Numbered from the stretch's first letter, positions 25,687 to 38,580 are shown. The stretch: DNA of 51,774 nt from Octopus bimaculoides (GCF_001194135.2 NC_068983.1:85013240-85065013); one strand, 5' to 3'. Numbers and translations: made by a program. The notes: generated by a model not told the origin, from the letters alone.

Positions 25687-26408
25687 TTTGTTAGAAATGG
25701 GAAAGGAATAACAATGCAGTCAAAAGTAATATATATATACATGTGTGCATGTATGCATGTATGCACTTAAGTAAACTCTATCTTGCTATGATATCCATCT
25801 AATGAAAATGCACATGCATATATCTGTGTGTCATTGTCATGGGTGTCAGAGACCGTATTGTCAATATATTTTCTGCAGTTATTCAACATTTCTTTAATAA
25901 GTTTCGCAGCGATTCATATCATATTGTTTTTATCATATCCAAAATGTTTACAGTTCCAGCTTTTCTTACACATCTGAGCTCCACCTCTTCCCTCACCTTT
26001 TTCTACTCTTCCTTACACGCCTCTTCTACCTCCTTCGTGCGTCCTCTGTCAGATATTTACGCCGTCTGATCTTCATACTCCGTCATAGTAATATAGTTAA
26101 TTACGCACGCATCTGTCATACTTATTGATAATTATGAGAATATACACATACAATACATACGTACATATATACATATATATATATATAATATACACACACA
26201 CAAATATTTATACATACATATACATACACTACACATATATATATAAATATATATACACACGCAAACACATCCATACCACACACGCATATATACTTACATA
26301 AATACCATATATATGTAATATAGATTTTTGTGTGTGCAAGTGTGTGTGTAACCATGACCGTAAATGTCTTGTACAAATACTTATACATACAGTATAGTGG
26401 TATGTATG

Positions 26409-26465
<57 letters not shown>

Positions 26466-27308
26466 NNNNNNNNNNNNNNNNNNNNNNNNNNNNNNNNNNN
26501 NNNNNNNNNNNNNNNNNNNNNNNNNNNNNNNNNNNNNNNNNNNNNNNNNNNNNNNNNNNNNNNNNNNNNNNNNNNNNNNNNNNNNNNNNNNNNNNNNNNN
26601 NNNNNNNNNNNNNNNNNNNNNNNNNNNNNNNNNNNNNNNNNNNNNNNNNNNNNNNNNNNNNNNNNNNNNNNNNNNNNNNNNNNNNNNNNNNNNNNNNNNN
26701 NNNNNNNNNNNNNNNNNNNNNNNNNNNNNNNNNNNNNNNNNNNNNNNNNNNNNNNNNNNNNNNNNNNNNNNNNNNNNNNNNNNNNNNNNNNNNNNNNNNN
26801 NNNNNNNNNNNNNNNNNNNNNNNNNNNNNNNNNNNNNNNNNNNNNNNNNNNNNNNNNNNNNNNNNNNNNNNNNNNNNNNNNNNNNNNNNNNNNNNNNNNN
26901 NNNNNNNNNNNNNNNNNNNNNNNNNNNNNNNNNNNNNNNNNNNNNNNNNNNNNNNNNNNNNNNNNNNNNNNNNNNNNNNNNNNNNNNNNNNNNNNNNNNN
27001 NNNNNNNNNNNNNNNNNNNNNNNNNNNNNNNNNNNNNNNNNNNNNNNNNNNNNNNNNNNNNNNNNNNNNNNNNNNNNNNNNNNNNNNNNNNNNNNNNNNN
27101 NNNNNNNNNNNNNNNNNNNNNNNNNNNNNNNNNNNNNNNNNNNNNNNNNNNNNNNNNNNNNNNNNNNNNNNNNNNNNNNNNNNNNNNNNNNNNNNNNNNN
27201 NNNNNNNNNNNNNNNNNNNNNNNNNNNNNNNNNNNNNNNNNNNNNNNNNNNNNNNNNNNNNNNNNNNNNNNNNNNNNNNNNNNNNNNNNNNNNNNNNNNN
27301 NNNNNNNN

Positions 27309-27361
<53 letters not shown>

Positions 27362-27362
27362 T

Positions 27363-27412
<50 letters not shown>

Positions 27413-30141
27413 GGATAGATAGATAGATAGATACGCACGTACACACACGCGTACACATATATACACACACAATCACGCACACACATACACATACACATAC
27501 TGAGAGAAAGCAAGAGAGATGGCTTTGTGTGTGGGTGAGCATCGTCGATAGTAACCGCCTTTGGAAATATAATGTGTTGCTCTTCCACTTCCTTTGCATT
27601 CCTCGAGCTTCTTGAAAAGGTGTATCACAATTTGTCACCCCCTTACCGTTTTAGTCAATTGAACCAACTACCACCAGGTAATGGACGACTTTCAAATGAA
27701 CGAAGCTCTAACAGCTACGCGTGGGCTTAGTATTTCTCCCAAATATTTACGCACACGCACTTATGTAAATATGTATATTCGTGTTTATATACATCATATA
27801 TATGTATTTATATATATATACACGTGCACACATACACACACTTATTTAGCTATATATATATGCTTGTGTGGGGGTGTATGAATGCCTACATATACACATG
27901 TAAACACGCACACACAGACATTATATATATATGTATTATATCATATATATATATATATATATATATANNNNNNNNNNNNNNNNNNNNNNNNNNNNNNNNN
28001 NNNNNNNNNNNNNNNNNNNNNNNNNNNNNNNNNNNNNNNNNNNNNNNNNNNNNNNNNNNNNNNNNNNNNNNNNNNNNNNNNNNNNNNNNNNNNNNNNNNN
28101 TATATATAACCCAGTGTATTTTGTATAAAAAGCTATTCCTGTGCTAAATTGCTAAATATAACTTTGTGATGAAATTGTTTAATGGCTTAGAGTGTGATGA
28201 ATGTTTTACGTAGGAGATAAACAGCTAGATTTCATTCAATCACCACTTCGATTGATTGAAAACCGTACTAGATACCAGCTGTCATCGAAGTTTTTTTTTA
28301 TGACTCTAAGAAAAAATTTTGAATTCGAAATTACTCCACTTGTTTTATATTGAGTTGCGAATGATATAGAGTTTCTCTGTAAGACAGAGAACACAACATA
28401 GACAAGTTCTTAAATACTGGTTATATAATGCAGGCAGGACCGAATTTATAGGTTGGATGATCGAACGGAATAATTGGCCCAGGCATCCGCTAGACATAGG
28501 ACCCCCTGCTATAAAGCGTATGTTGCAATCAATACAGGAGGCCCCATCTCTCAGCAGTCTTTCTTGCAGAGGCCCGCTTTCAATAAACAAACATATCTTT
28601 AAAAATGTAATGGATCCTCTTATTTTTATAAATAACCACCGTCAATCCATTCAATTGAAAAACACATTGACAGACAAAAAGAAAACAAAACACTCCAAAA
28701 AGTGTTTGTATGTATCTGTGAGTGTGTGTGTCTGTGTGTGTGTGTGCGTGTCTGTATGTGTGTGTGAGAAAGAGAGAGAGAGAGTATGAATGAATATAAA
28801 GATAAATAAAGATATTAATAGAAAGAAGTTATTGTCTCTAGTTCAAATTCCTTCTTTCAACGACGTGATTGAGCAATGATCTTATATGAACCATTGGCAA
28901 TTAAAGATGCATACACACACAGACACACACACGCACGCGCACGTGCACGCACACACACACACACACACAAATACGCACACACATATATCACCATTGTAAG
29001 CTTCCTTATTTCAATGAGGCATTGAAAACTGGTCTTATTTTACGAAAGAGCATGTGAGTAATGAATATGTTCCAAAAATTAAATTTTGAATTTAGTTTTA
29101 ATTGTAAAATTGTATCTCTCAACAGGTTAAAGCATTTTTATCAGTTTTAGAATAATTGCGTTTATGCTGACATGATTTTCATTAAATCGAATCTTTTTCT
29201 TTCTTTCTTTTTTCATTATTTTTCGTCATTTTGTCAGATACTTGACAGAGGAGTGGGACAAAATTGGTAACTGGGGCAAGTATTACATCACCATTTTGTA
29301 CTCTTACTCCTTGGGAGTAAGCATTGGCCACCATTGTTGCTGTTGCAGTTGAGGCAGTTTGAAACAGTCAGGTAACAGGTACTTTATTTTCAAGAATTTT
29401 TTCCTCAACTTTGACCCAGTTGTAATTGAGACTGCTAATAGAATATCTAAATAATTTTTGGTGTTTAACAACTCCAATTCTTTTCTCTGTTGGATTCCGA
29501 GTCAATTTTTCCCCATACTAATGTCTAATTTGATAATTTTCCATTTCCAAAACCTGATGTCTAAACCGGGGCAAAATGAGTAATGACTAATTTCAATAGT
29601 CTCTTCTCTTTAACTGCATGGTGCATAAATTTATCATGAAGTGAGCTGTGATTTAAAGGGTACTTAGCTGTTATTTTTATCACGACCACCTGATACCCTC
29701 CTTTCTTCTTGGTCACTCTGCTGTATTGATGCTTTCCAATATCTTTGTCCCCATAAACACATTTAATGGTCTATTGCTAGGATTTTTAAAAAGTTCGAAA
29801 AACTTAAAAATCGCGTAGTAGAAGCTGTGTAGCAGGATGGCATCATGAAAGGACTTAACAATATCAACTTTGCTTACCCAACTGCTTAGTAGTAATCAAG
29901 CTCCCCAGCATACGGTCATAGCAAACAAGAAAAATCCATGAAAAATGACGGGCATATAAATTGAGTAACGAAAGTTATACCGCGTCTGCAAAGCTCCGTA
30001 AACGTTTCAATATCTCATAGTCATCTAAAATATTGCAAAGCTTTAGGCTCAGGTAGTGGTCCAAATCTCAGTTTAAATACAAATCTAAACAAGCTCTACC
30101 GTGCATTAAGTCCTTTCTCTTTCGTATACAAAGCACGACAT

Positions 30142-30207
<66 letters not shown>

Positions 30208-30257
30208 ATCTCTCTCTCTCTCTCTCTCTCTCTTTTTCTCTCTTTCTCACACTTACC

Positions 30258-30300
<43 letters not shown>

Positions 30301-30688
30301 CATACATATATGCACGTGTATGCGACAAAGGCATCGTAGAAGAATCTTGTTAACCATTTAAAACTAAAACCTGGCACGTTCACTTTTGTTTCTTTTTCTT
30401 TTTCAAAATAGTGTCGTCTACTAATAAGTACCCAAATGTCTCGTCACATTCATGCGGCCTTGTATTGCAGAAGTGTCTATTGCAGAAGTGTTGGTGATGA
30501 GATCGTAGAAACGTGATGAAATACTATTAAGAACTGAACAAATGTGAATGTAACAGTTTCCGTATGTCCTTAAATAGCTAACATGACTTCCACGTTGTAA
30601 TTGTTTATATTACAATATACAATCTCAAATCAAAACACACATCAAACAGCTACAATTACTGTCTGTGTGCGAGTGTGTATGTGTGTGT

Positions 30689-30776
<88 letters not shown>

Positions 30777-31317
30777 GTGTGAGTGGGCGTGTGAACTTTA
30801 CAAGGAAAATATTGATAGTGACTTCGAAGTTTCGACTTCGTTGCATTCGTCAGAGCGTAATCTACTTTTGGTTTTGCCGGCCTTATATATTTTGGTTCAT
30901 CTTATGGGTAGAGCAATGTGGCTGCAAAGTGAATATGGTATCAAAGTGAATTGCTGTGGCATATCTTACGGATAATTTCATCGGGTGAGTGGAAATAAAA
31001 ACTTGTTGGGAGAAAGGACAAGTAGTAGAATAAGAGGTGGATGAGAAGGAAGACGAGGAGGAAAGGGAGACAAGCATTTATGGAGTGATGGTAGAAAAGA
31101 AGTGAAGGGAAGATCAATATCTTTACCATCCTTCGTGGAAAGAAAAGGATGGTAAAGAGAAAAGATAGTAAACATTGTGGTATTTATGTCCTTTTCATTT
31201 CCACCACCACACCATATAAAACTGTCTTCTTCCTCTTGTGTTTCTTCTCTTTCTCCTCCGAATTCTATTTTTTCTTTCACCCCTACAGTTCTTTATTTCC
31301 GCCCATATTTCTTTATA

Positions 31318-32172
31318 TGAGGTCTGATCAATAAGTTTCCGGACTGTTGCCATAGTAACGAAGCTAAAGCATGCAGAGTAAAGCCGCTTGAGCAAAACTC
31401 GACCGTAATCTCTGCTGTGCATGTGCACGAAGTTTTAACATTCTAGCTTACTTTCGCTGTTTACAGCAGTGCTTGGAAAGAACGTGTGTAGCGTATGATC
31501 GTCGCATTTAGTATGACAGAGAAAGTTGTCATGGTGATACTTGCTCAGAGGCCTACGCAACATTGGAGAAAGTGTATGGAGAGGAGTGTATGAGTCACAC
31601 ACAAGTGAAGTGGGTCAGACGTTTCCAAGATGGCCGAAACAATTTCGATATTGACGAACGTTCTGGAAGACCTGCAACCAGCAGAACCAATAAAATATCG
31701 CAAATGAACCTGCAGCTGTGAGATAAAATCGTCGATTCACCATCGTGAGTTATCAGAAGATGTGTAGATTAGTTACGGTTCAGTTCAGTCCATTATTATT
31801 GAAGATTTGGGTATGAGACGCATGTCTGCCAAGATTGTGCCAAAACTTCTTTCATCTGACCAAAAAGGCACTCGGGTTTCAGTTGCACAAGATCTCCTTG
31901 TTTGTGTTGAGAACGATGAAAACTTTTTGAAAACTTTGCGTAGGCCTCTGAGCAGGTATCACCAAGCTTTCTCTATCATGGTCAATGCGGCGATCACACG
32001 CTACACACCTTCCTTCCAAGCACTGCTGTAAATAGCAGAAGTGAGCTAGAACGTTTAAACTTAGTTCGCATGCACAGCAGAGTTCAAGGTCAATCTGTGT
32101 CCGCGGCTTTACTCTGGGTGCTTTAGCTTCGTTACTATAGCAACAGTCCAGATGCTTCTTGATCAAACCACG
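31318..32172 (+). mobile_element. mariner deletion derivative with ~210-bp inverted arms
   Basis: 31318-31526 and 31966-32172 are diverged inverted repeats starting ta|tgaggtctgatcaataagtttccggact. The interior has transposase N-terminal remnants (WVRRFQDGR...DERSGRP; MGMRRMSAKIVPKLLSSDQKGTRVSVAQDLL). Confidence 0.8.
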
Positions 32173-32238
32173 TTTTCCATACATTTTTATACTATACCTA
32201 CTTGTCGGCACATAGCTTCACTCACAAAATGATCTATA

Positions 32239-32453
32239 TACGAAGGGGTACTGAAAAGTTCCTGGCTTAGAGTAAAAGAAAATACAGGAGGATCAGTGAA
32301 TTGTGATTTTATTCAACATATTACCATCTCAGATTCATACACTTATTGCAGCGGTCCTTCAATTTTTCTAGGCCCTGTAAAAGAACTCGGAAGGTTGGGC
32401 TTATAACCAGGCCTTTCGCGACACCCTTAAAGCCAAAAACTTTTCAGTTACCT
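32239..32453. mobile_element. mariner-derived MITE, second copy
   Basis: ta|cgaaggggtactgaaaagttcctgg...aaaacttttcagttacc; collinear with 11746-11966. The right end is eroded into (CT)n. Confidence 0.72.
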
Positions 32454-32463
32454 CTCTCTCTCT

Positions 32464-32599
<136 letters not shown>

Positions 32600-32631
32600 T
32601 AAAATGGAATTAATGTGATTCTTTATTCAAA

Positions 32632-32732
32632 GCCACTACAATTGTTTCGGTGCATTCTAGCGCTGTAGTTCATAGGTGTTGTGTAGTCAATTATCTTACA
32701 TCACATGAGTAGAATGCGCCTCTTCAGGTGAC
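32632..32732 (-). ncRNA. Type I hammerhead ribozyme with full consensus catalytic core
   Basis: Minus strand gtcac-CTGAAGA-ggcgcattcta-(50 nt)-tagaatgcacc-GAAA-caattgt-a-gtggc. Stem I has 5 bp (one G-U), stem II 10/11 bp with G10.1-C11.1, stem III is the palindrome ACAATTGT, and the cleavage triplet is GUA. Confidence 0.82.
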
Positions 32733-33587
32733 GGTTTAAATAAGTTCCTCGCTACATCCTCTCACCATTTCACTCAGTTTAATGTATACCTAAATTGGTG
32801 TGTCACTCCTACAGTTCTCAGTAGTATTGAAATAATGTAAGTCTATATAAATTACACTGCAGATCATGTTTTGAAAATTTGAAATGTAAGGTTTACCTAT
32901 TCACTGAATAAAAATCTGACAAGAGGAGTCGAATCTAATCAGATTGATTCCATTATTTGCTCACGGAGAGATAAGAATCTTGTGGTGTAATGACTTTGCT
33001 AATTTCCACGACAAGGCTAAATTGTATGGTTCTTTTTTTTCATTAAATTCAAATTCTCCAAGCAATGCTATATAGTCTACCATTAATAAATTGAATCATC
33101 CACGTTGTCAGTATTATAAACTGTTATGCAAATTAGAAAAGTCATATGCAATGTTATATCCCTTTGACAAATATTGCACCGACACATGTATCGACCTATA
33201 TAAGGATCACGAGCATAAAAATTAGAATGAGCAGTGATAGTAAAGTATTGAATCTTTTTAGCCTATACGTTAAAAGGATTTTCCAAACATTTCACTGGCA
33301 GGTTTCCGAGTTAGTTCCTTTTTCCCACCTGTTTTTTTAATTCTTAACCTTCAGTTTATGATTTACTGTTTTAAGCGCCACGAGAGCGGTCTCCTTTGTT
33401 ACGTTATTATCACCATACCAAACCAAACCCAACTAACGAGAGATTTGTTTCGGCCAATCGAAAGCCAATATTCTGTATGGTATGTTTATTGTTTTTACAT
33501 CCCTTTAACCATAATAGCCGACCACTGTTGCGTCTGTGAGTGTGTTCGGCTATATCCCCCCACACATACACATATATAATATATAGG

Positions 33588-33758
33588 TGCAGGAGTGGCT
33601 GTGTGATATGAAGCTTACATCCAGACCACATGGTTCAGGGTTCAGTCCCACTGCGTGACACCTTGGGCAAGTGTCTTCTACTATAGCCTCGGACCGACCA
33701 AAGGTTTGTGAGTGGATTTGATAGACGGAAACTGAAAGAAACCCGTCTTGTATATATA
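33588..33758 (+). mobile_element. SINE family A head running into (TA)n and a gap
   Basis: gtgcaggagtggctgtgtgatatgaagcttacatccagaccacatggttcagggttcagtcccactgcgtgacaccttgggcaagtgtcttctactatagcctcgg. Confidence 0.8.
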
Positions 33759-34469
33759 TNNNNNNNNNNNNNNNNNNNNNNNNNNNNNNNNNNNNNNNNN
33801 NNNNNNNNNNNNNNNNNNNNNNNNNNNNNNNNNNNNNNNNNNNNNNNNNNNNNNNNNNNNNNNNNNNNNNNNNNNNNNNNNNNNNNNNNNNNNNNNNNNN
33901 NNNNNNNNNNNNNNNNNNNNNNNNNNNNNNNNNNNNNNNNNNNNNNNNNNNNNNNNNNNNNNNNNNNNNNNNNNNNNNNNNNNNNNNNNNNNNNNNNNNN
34001 NNNNNNNNNNNNNNNNNNNNNNNNNNNNNNNNNNNNNNNNNNNNNNNNNNNNNNNNNNNNNNNNNNNNNNNNNATATGCATATATGGTGAAGAAACATAA
34101 GATAAACAAAAACAAAATAGGATAAGTTCATAATTAATATTATTAGCTTGATGTTCCGAGAAATGGAGAGAGTTACTTGCAAGAACGTCACAGACATTTG
34201 TCCTTCTGACAGACAAAAAAATGGGGAAAAAACGGGGTTTGAGTTGAAGAAAAGAAAAGAATTATAAAGTGTAATCCACTTTGGAAAAGCCGCGTGGAGT
34301 TGCATAAAACGTTGACCGTTGACCGAGCAAAAGTTGGATAATGGATTAAATGGACTGTTTTAAGGTAGAAGAACAAATGGAAAGACAGGTATATGTGTGT
34401 TTGTATGTGTGTGTGTGTGTGTGTGTGTTTGCACGTGTGTGTAAAAGATGTGGAAAAGTAATTTTTATA

Positions 34470-34501
<32 letters not shown>

Positions 34502-34721
34502 CGTATATACACATATATGTGTATATATATATGCACACACACACACACATATATATATAAATGTATATGTATACATATGCCCGTGCGTGCACTTATGTGC
34601 AGATCAAAGTGGATAAAATAGCACGGAATTACCAAAGAAATATGTTTTATTGAAGCTAAAAAAACTTCACGAACTTCACAGTTTGCGAAGTTTTTCAGCT
34701 GATATATATGCCCGTGTCTGT

Positions 34722-34785
<64 letters not shown>

Positions 34786-35239
34786 TACTTTGAATTCTTG
34801 ATTAAGTATTTCACTTACCATTTTGGTGTCTCTAGTAACATTTGTCTTTGAAACAAGGCCCTACTTCATAATGAAATAAATAACTGTCTTTGTTTTCTTA
34901 TTGCAAATTTATAAACTACTGCTCTCTCCTTTTATTAAAATAGATTTATTTTATTTTGGTTTGTAACTCTTTCAAGCGGGGGCTTTTGGCGACTGTCGGC
35001 ATCCATTTAAATTATCTGAAATCATTTTTTTAAAAAAGATCCATCAGGATTTTTCTGAGATATCAGATATACCTTTATTTTTATTAGATACAGAGTTACA
35101 TTCATTATTTCATTAAGTGATGAATATAATTCATCCTCAAATTATATGATAGAAATTATATTTATCTGGTATTATATTATTGTAAGCTTCAGTCTTCCAA
35201 TCTGTACTAGATTTAAAGCGTTTAGTTTGTATCATTAAC

Positions 35240-35580
35240 CTATGGTTCGGTGGTTAGAGCGTCTAACTTACAATCATGAGGCAGTGAGTTCAGTTCCCGG
35301 TGGCGTGGTGTGTGTTGTGCTTTTGAGCAAAACACTTTCTTTCACGTTGCTCCAATTCACTCAGCCGTAGAAATGTGTTGCGTCGTCACTGGTGACAAGC
35401 TGTATCGGCCTTTGCCTTTCCCTTGGATAACATCATGGTGTGGAGAGGAGAGACTGGTATGCATGGACAGCTCCTGGTCTTTCATAAACAACCTTGCCTG
35501 GACTTGTAGCTTGGAGGGGAACCTTCTAGGTGCAGTCCCATGACCATTCATGACCGAAGGGGAGGGGGGTCTTTACCAGT
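35240..35580 (+). mobile_element. tRNA-derived SINE family C
   Basis: A box ggtggttagagcg, B box gagttcagttcccgg, then gtgtgtgttgtgcttttgagcaaaacact and a GC-richer body. Confidence 0.6.
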
Positions 35581-35629
35581 TAACCTAAACTACTTCGAGT
35601 CAGATATGTTTTATCAGCTATCTTCTATT

Positions 35630-36010
35630 TGTTTCAAGTACCCGATTGCGACCATACTGGGACACCGCCTTGGAGGGATTTTAGTCGAACAGGATTCATT
35701 TTTTACAACTTAGTACTTATTTTATCGGTCTCATTTGCCGAGCCGCTAAGTTACGGGGGACACACTAACACCGGTTGTCAAGCAGTACTCGGGGACAAAC
35801 ACGGACGTAAAGACATGCACGCGCATAAACACACTCACACACACGCGCACATACGACTGGCGTCATTCAATTTCCGTCTACCAAATCCATTCATAAGGCT
35901 TTGGTCAGTCCGAGGCTATAGTAAAAGAAACTTTCCAAGGTGCCACGCAGTGGGACTGAACCCGGAGCCATGTGGTTGGGAAGCAAGCTTCTAACCACAC
36001 AACCATGCCT
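35630..36010 (-). mobile_element. SINE family A with short internal CA/TG tract
   Basis: gagccgctaagttacggggg...accggttgtcaagc...ttccgtctaccaaatcc...tgccacgcagtgggactgaacccggagccatgtggttgggaagcaagcttctaaccacac. Confidence 0.8.
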
Positions 36011-36206
36011 TCGCCAATGTTTGCATATTTTATTTTAATTGATTTCCAGTAGTCTTGTGAACATTCAGATAGAATTTGAATGTTCCTTGTCAGTTTCCTT
36101 TGAGCTGTTTTGTTAATTTTATTGTTATGGCCCGAGAAAACGGTAGTTGTCGCCTTCACATTATAGAAGAGTTTCCATTGATTTATGAAACCAAAATCTG
36201 GAATAT

Positions 36207-36265
36207 TAGTGCACCTGGTGAGTAGTGCGCCTGGTGAGTAGTGCGCCTGGTGAGTAGTGCGCCTG
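36207..36265. repeat. 16-bp tandem repeat (~3.7 copies)
   Basis: tagtgc(a/g)cctggtgag x3 plus partial tagtgcgcctg. Confidence 0.9.
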
Positions 36266-36570
36266 ACAGAAATTATGCTTGTCTTTGGTCGTGTGGTTGT
36301 GCTGTGAGATTCCTAAAAGAATGTGGGCCTCAGGCCGTTTTACGTTGTGAAAATTTATTCACAAAATATATTAATACGTTGATTTAGTTTGGATAATAAC
36401 TTTTTTTTATCTTTCTATCAAAGTATATTAATATATTGCTTTGGATAACATCTCTCTTGGATCTTTCAACCAGGATTTGAAGCGTCCACCAAACGATATG
36501 TTGTAACATAGTTACAAACGTTACAGTTTGAAATGTGTATTTCTGCATCTGTTATATTTACTGCTATATA

Positions 36571-37823
36571 CACAGACATGCAGGAAGTAAATAGACACCT
36601 TTAATTTTCAAAATCTTTTATTTAATACACAAAGCGAACAATTGAAATGTAATTGATAGGTAGGACTACATACTTTAGTATTTAGTTTATATTCCCTTTG
36701 CAGTTTTTAATTCAGAAACTCTTTTTGGTATTGAACTGATGAGCTTTGTGATTGTCTCTTGTGGAATTTCTGCCTACTTTTCACGCAACAACTGAAACAA
36801 TTCATCTTTAGATATAGGTTTCTGTTGGGTTTTTCGTATAGCTCTATCTAGTATGCTCCAAAGATTTTCAATTGGGTTCATGTGAGGAGATTGGCTCGAT
36901 CAAGGAAGCTTTTTGATCCCATTTTCAGTCAGCCATTGATTCCCTTTCGCTGTGTGGCATGGAGGCCCATCTTCCATGAATAAAAACTCATTTTTCGTTA
37001 TGTTATCGTGTGAATACATCGAAAGTAGTCCTTGCTTAAGTATTTCAATGTATTTTTCAGAGTTTATGGTTCCAACACATTCGATCAGCTCAAAACGACC
37101 ATTGCTGGTGACAGCTCCCATACCATAACAGAGATACCGCCATGTTTCACGGTTGGAGTCGTTTCAAATCAAATTCTTGATTGGGAAGCCTTCAGACCCA
37201 AACACGTCCACTGTCTGAAAATAATACAAATCTGGATTCATCTGAGAAAATCACTCTATCCCAAAATGAACTGGATTTTTCTGACATCTCCTTAGCCCAT
37301 TTCTTTCTTTTCATGATATTAATTGGTTGAAGGAGAGGTTTTCTTCTAGCTGCTCGTCCATAATACCCAAGCTTATGCAGATATTTAACACGCATTCTTG
37401 GACTAACTTCTAGCTTTTTTGCAATGTCAGAAGCCTTTTCCACAATTCTCTTCAACAGTGAAGCTTCCTTTCCGAGGGCCCAGGTCGGCCGGGATGAGAA
37501 TCTGTTGATTCTTTTCCTTGGCTTTTGAATTGCACTATAATTCTATTAACAGTAGCAAGAGGAATTTGAAGATTTTCGGCAATTTTTCGCTGGCTAAAAC
37601 CAGCCTCCGATTGCCCAACAATACGACCTCTTTGAAAATCTGACAGTTCTGCTGAACTTTTTGTGCGTGGCATGGTTACTCTTCGCAAATGCTTAATATA
37701 ATGGCACCTGGAATGAAATATAATAATTACATTATAAATTCTACACCGATGAAAACATATGAAGACGTTTAGATCAGAAATTTTGAAAATTAAAGGTGTC
37801 TATTTACTTCCTGCTTGTCTGTG
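36571..37823 (-). mobile_element. Near-full-length Tc1-like transposon (1253 bp) with pseudogenised transposase
   Basis: 44-bp TIRs (36571-36614 and 37780-37823, one mismatch) flanked by TA. Minus frames give the paired-type [15 protein letters not shown]...SQRKIA, then [25 protein letters not shown] and SPHMNPIENLW (33 residues between the second D and E as read), with frameshifts and stops. Confidence 0.93.
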
Positions 37824-38369
37824 TATAATTCAAGTGCAATGCATATTGATCGCATATAGGTCACTCAAGTAGCGGATCCTGCTATAGCTAGGTTAGTTGC
37901 TGCACTATTTTCTGCGGCCTACTATTTTGAAAAGATTCTTACTCAATTACTACAATTTATATTGCATTCTACATATAGCCTTTGGAAGCAGACAATGTAT
38001 TTTTTTAGATAGGTGCATATATCTCCGTTATTTAGATTTTCCCTCTTTATTGGTGATGATTTATAAAGCATCGATTTCTTCAGGCGTGTATTTCTACAGG
38101 TTAGGCCTATCTTGTCTCCCTGTGGCATTTGTGTGGAATAATTAACCAATTTAGTATAACTTTCAGGCGGCTTACAGTGAGCATAGTGGCAGCGTGTTAA
38201 TTTTTCTATGCCTACAAGTATCGTTTGAATGAAACCGTTAGGTGATTGGACCTTTGACAAATAGAATGACGATGTACAAGCTATCTACTGTTAATTTTGA
38301 TTTGCTTTTATAAGTATTTTCTTTTTATGATTTTTCTCTTTTCCTATTTAGTTTCTCTTTTATCTTTCA

Positions 38370-38580
38370 AAAGAAATACAAATAGCCGTCCCTGGATAAT
38401 TTTCCCAGTCATTATTTTAAGTTGTCACATCTATGAGTGTTTATTCACTCTTATAATTCTTTATGATTCTCTCAATCGATAAAGTATGTTGGAAAACACT
38501 ATGGTTAATAGATCATCTTGAATAAAGAATATGTTTTCACAATATCATTTCGGATTTCGAATGAATAAAGATTCTGAAAA
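38370..38580 (+). mobile_element. Highly decayed LINE RT fragment (CR1/L2/Jockey-like)
   Basis: NSRPWIIFPVI resembles NYRPISLL.VI; a later frame reads NMFSQYHFGFR, the QFGFR motif. Confidence 0.35.

Noticed and set aside
34650-34702. Imperfect ~20-bp hairpin with nearby minus-strand AATAAA
   Set aside because: It resembles a Penelope-type terminus in texture, but no hammerhead core can be assembled.
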